Shown one piece after another: positions 61,346-64,000 of a DNA stretch of 64,000 nt (positions within the stretch are counted from its first letter, which is position 1; the number at the start of each line of letters is the position of its first letter). The translations under genes and the position numbers were made by a program. Source of the stretch: Malacoraja senta (lineage: Eukaryota); assembly GCA_038087875.1 (NCBI GenBank), contig CM075977.1:50344001-50408000 (forward strand). The letters are read 5' to 3'. The notes below the pieces were generated by a model, which was not told the origin of the DNA, made no database searches, and saw only the letters and a program-made list of their open reading frames with translations.

Positions 61346-63192
61346 AGAAGTAAATGGTCAAAGAGGCAATTGCAAATTGTGCAAAGCAGAAAATTGATCG
61401 CAATTGAAAGGCATCCAGATGTAAACAGTAGAATTTTGCTGTTCACATCTGGATGAATTTGACCAAATGGGAAAGAAAACACTTTCTTCCTACCAAATAT
61501 AAGTAGGTATCAATTTAAAAATAGAATTCCCCAAAAAAGGTTGTTGTGGATTTTGCATCAGTTATTTATGGAATTCCCTGCCACAGATGGCAGTGGAGGC
61601 CAAGTCACTGGATGGATTTAAGAGAGAGTTAGATAGAGCTCTAGAGGCTAGTGGAGTCGAGGGATATGGGGAGAAGGCAGGCACGGGTTATTGATAGGGG
61701 ACGATCAGCCATGATCACAATGAATGGCGGTGCTGGCTCGAAGGGCCGAATGGCCCCTCCTGCACCTATTTTCTATGTTAAGTTATGTAGGCAGAACTCT
61801 GTAGATCGCATATTATTATTCTATAAAGCTCATAACTTTGAAGTTTCAGAATATGCAAGGTTTAATGTGAAAACCGTGAAACTGCTGTCAGTGTTTCTTT
61901 ACAGGCTGTGTGGTTTTGCAATCTTAAATAATCAAAGGAGATCTGTGATCTGTTGAGAATTTTGGGTATTTCTAAAGTGTTCTTGTTGTATAATACTTGG
62001 GCTTTGTTACAAAGTGGAATATTTTTATTTTTTAATTGTAAATTAAGCCACAAATACCTGTCAAACCTGATGAACCTAACAAACGAATCTTATGTGTGGA
62101 TTATTGTACTCCAGATAAATATCATAATATAATGGATTTTAAAGTATCTGTTTGTCTAATTCAGTGTTTGTACTTCTATCTTATTCCTGTATTGCCTTTT
62201 GAAATTTGGATTGTGTGAAATATTTTAAATTTTTCTTTCCCATTATGCCCAGCCGGCTACTACTCAAAGTTACAATTTATAAAGCTGCTCAGCCAGCTTG
62301 ATGACCATCCAGTTGCTGTACAGCATGGATCCTGTTGAACTGAAACCTAACTCTCTTTGAACTAAGTTGCAAGCAATGTCTCTCTACGCTAACAATTTTT
62401 TGTAAAACTCAGAATTAGTTTATTTTGTTGAGGTTCCCATTCTACCTGAGTGTAACATCTCTGTGATGCAGTGAGATTTTTTGCATTAATATCTAAGGCT
62501 AATATTTGTCACTTTTAGAAATCCCAATGAGCAGCAAGTTCAGTTGAAGCATATGTTTTGGTAGTGTAGCTCTAATAATTATTTTTTTTAAACATTCTGT
62601 TCCCATGCAGCATTTCTTGGGAGATAAAAATAATATGGCAGCAACCCTGGAATTCATTTGGGAGACTATTTTCCTGTGGTAGATTCACAGCATTGCTTAG
62701 GAACAAAATGCAGATATTGTTTACTGTGGCTTCAATTAGAACAGATTTTAATTTGGTTTTTATTTGTGAATTTTCCAATATTCACTGCAAATAGAAGGTC
62801 CAAAACATTAATATTCAGGAACAAGTGGGAACGGGAATTTCATAGGATGTAATGTGATGCAAATTAGACAGGGAAAACCGTTTTCCCCGTGGACTGTACT
62901 ATTTTCTTCCTACTTCCATCATTAAGTGCAGTGTCTTCCAAAGAATACCTCAAGGCTAGTAATAGAATGGGTTGAAGATGGAGTTTATACTTAATGTTAA
63001 TAAATCTTAGCGCACAAAATGATTATTTGTCAGATGCTTGACCATCTTTTAATAGATGTTTAAACCGGCTTCATGTTATGATGTATCTTGCAAGACCCAT
63101 GTATTAAAATGTTACATATTTGGGAAAGATAATAGCAAGGTCCTTGTTGTACCACAAAACCTTGTGTTTTATAGTACTTTTACCTTTTTAAG

Positions 63193-63323
63193 GATTGGCC
63201 ATTTGATGATGGTGATCCACCTCCAAGCAAAATTGTGGATGATTGGCTAACTTTACTTAAAACTAAGTTTTCGGAACAACCTGGAAGCTGTGTAGCAGTC
63301 CATTGTGTTGCTGGCCTTGGGCG
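63193..63323 (+). CDS. PTP4A/PRL-family phosphatase, third coding exon (aa 67-110, WPFDD loop and P-loop)
   Basis: Acceptor cctttttaag, 131 nt encoding [43 protein letters not shown](R), donor GTAGGT at 63324. HCVAGLGR is the PRL CX5R motif. Remaining exons lie beyond the window. Confidence 0.97.
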
Positions 63324-63768
63324 GTAGGTATACAAGCTTTTGCGGGCCATTGTCTAACTACCACAGTTTTACTAGGAAGTAGTTGTTATTTAAAGTAGTT
63401 GAGTAAAAATGAATAATTGATTGAATTCAATTAACCTGATAGTGGCAGAAATAAATTGTGCTGTCTCATCAATGTATGAAAACTAACCCAGGGCAGACTA
63501 TGGGAGAAGAAAATTAAACACTTAGCAGGTTCAAAAAGGGGAGGTGCGTTGGCAGAAGCAATAAACCTGGCAGAGTATATAATGAGGAGAATTACAAAAA
63601 ATAGTATGCCATTTATCGGGCTGCTAAAATAATCAGGGAGAACTAAATATCAAATATTCCTAATTAGAAGTATGAGATTTGGTAAATGGCACATAGGATA
63701 TCAAAATAATTTGGGAAAGTATTAGTTGGCAAAATGGACGATGTGCAATGAATGTGTAAATGCTTTAC

Positions 63769-63860
63769 TCAAGTCGAGTCAAGTCACATTTATTTATATA
63801 GCACATTTAAAAAACAACTCTCGTTGGCCAAAGTGCTTTACATTTGTTATAAGAATAGTA
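63769..63860 (-). mobile_element. L2-type 3' tail
   Basis: Minus strand reads GTAAAGCACTTTGGCCAAC...AAATGTGCTATATAAATAAATG followed by (ACTTG)-like repeats. Confidence 0.6.
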
Positions 63861-63920
63861 TAAACAAACAAACTAATTGTACTCTCTAATTAACTGCCTG
63901 ACATAATCATTAAGAACATA

Positions 63921-64000
63921 CAGTAAACCCTTGTTATAACGGACCATGGGGGGGGGGGGGGAGAGGGGAGAGAGGTTATTGCTGATTGTCAGCTGTAACC
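63921..64000. mobile_element. Tigger/Tc1-mariner-like MITE left end (truncated by window)
   Basis: TA followed by CAGTAAACCCTTGTTATAACG, a typical pogo/Tigger TIR start. Confidence 0.55.

Noticed and set aside
58096-63323. Assigning the symbol PTP4A3 or PTP4A2
   Set aside because: Diagnostic residues conflict between exons; phylogeny and synteny are needed.

Overview
Eukaryotic vertebrate genomic DNA. The repeat content (CR1-clade LINEs, tRNA-derived SINEs, Penelope-derived palindromes, Rex1/Babar) suggests a cartilaginous fish such as a skate; this is inference. The only host gene I can support is a + strand PTP4A/PRL-family phosphatase. Three spliced coding exons (58096-58200, 59841-59933, 63193-63323) give [35 protein letters not shown] / [31 protein letters not shown] / [44 protein letters not shown], and the gene continues beyond the window. 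Its first coding exon appears to carry about 467 nt of 5' leader with four ATG uORFs, including a 21-codon one. The protein mixes PRL-2-like and PRL-3-like residues and has an unusual Asp at position 74. The upstream ~57 kb is probably one long 5' intron, or intergenic DNA, densely filled with transposons: a near-complete Rex1/Babar LINE, many CR1 fragments, L1 and L2 tails, SINEs, hAT, Harbinger-like and Tigger-like MITEs, a solo LTR and Penelope fragments. It also holds roughly 19 short Penelope-terminus-derived repeats; several keep a minimal hammerhead-ribozyme-like core, several are palindromic and three have 12-15 bp TSDs. No rRNA, tRNA gene or CRISPR array was seen. Most ORFs in the supplied track are TE fragments or chance ORFs. 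TE boundaries without a quoted TSD are approximate.
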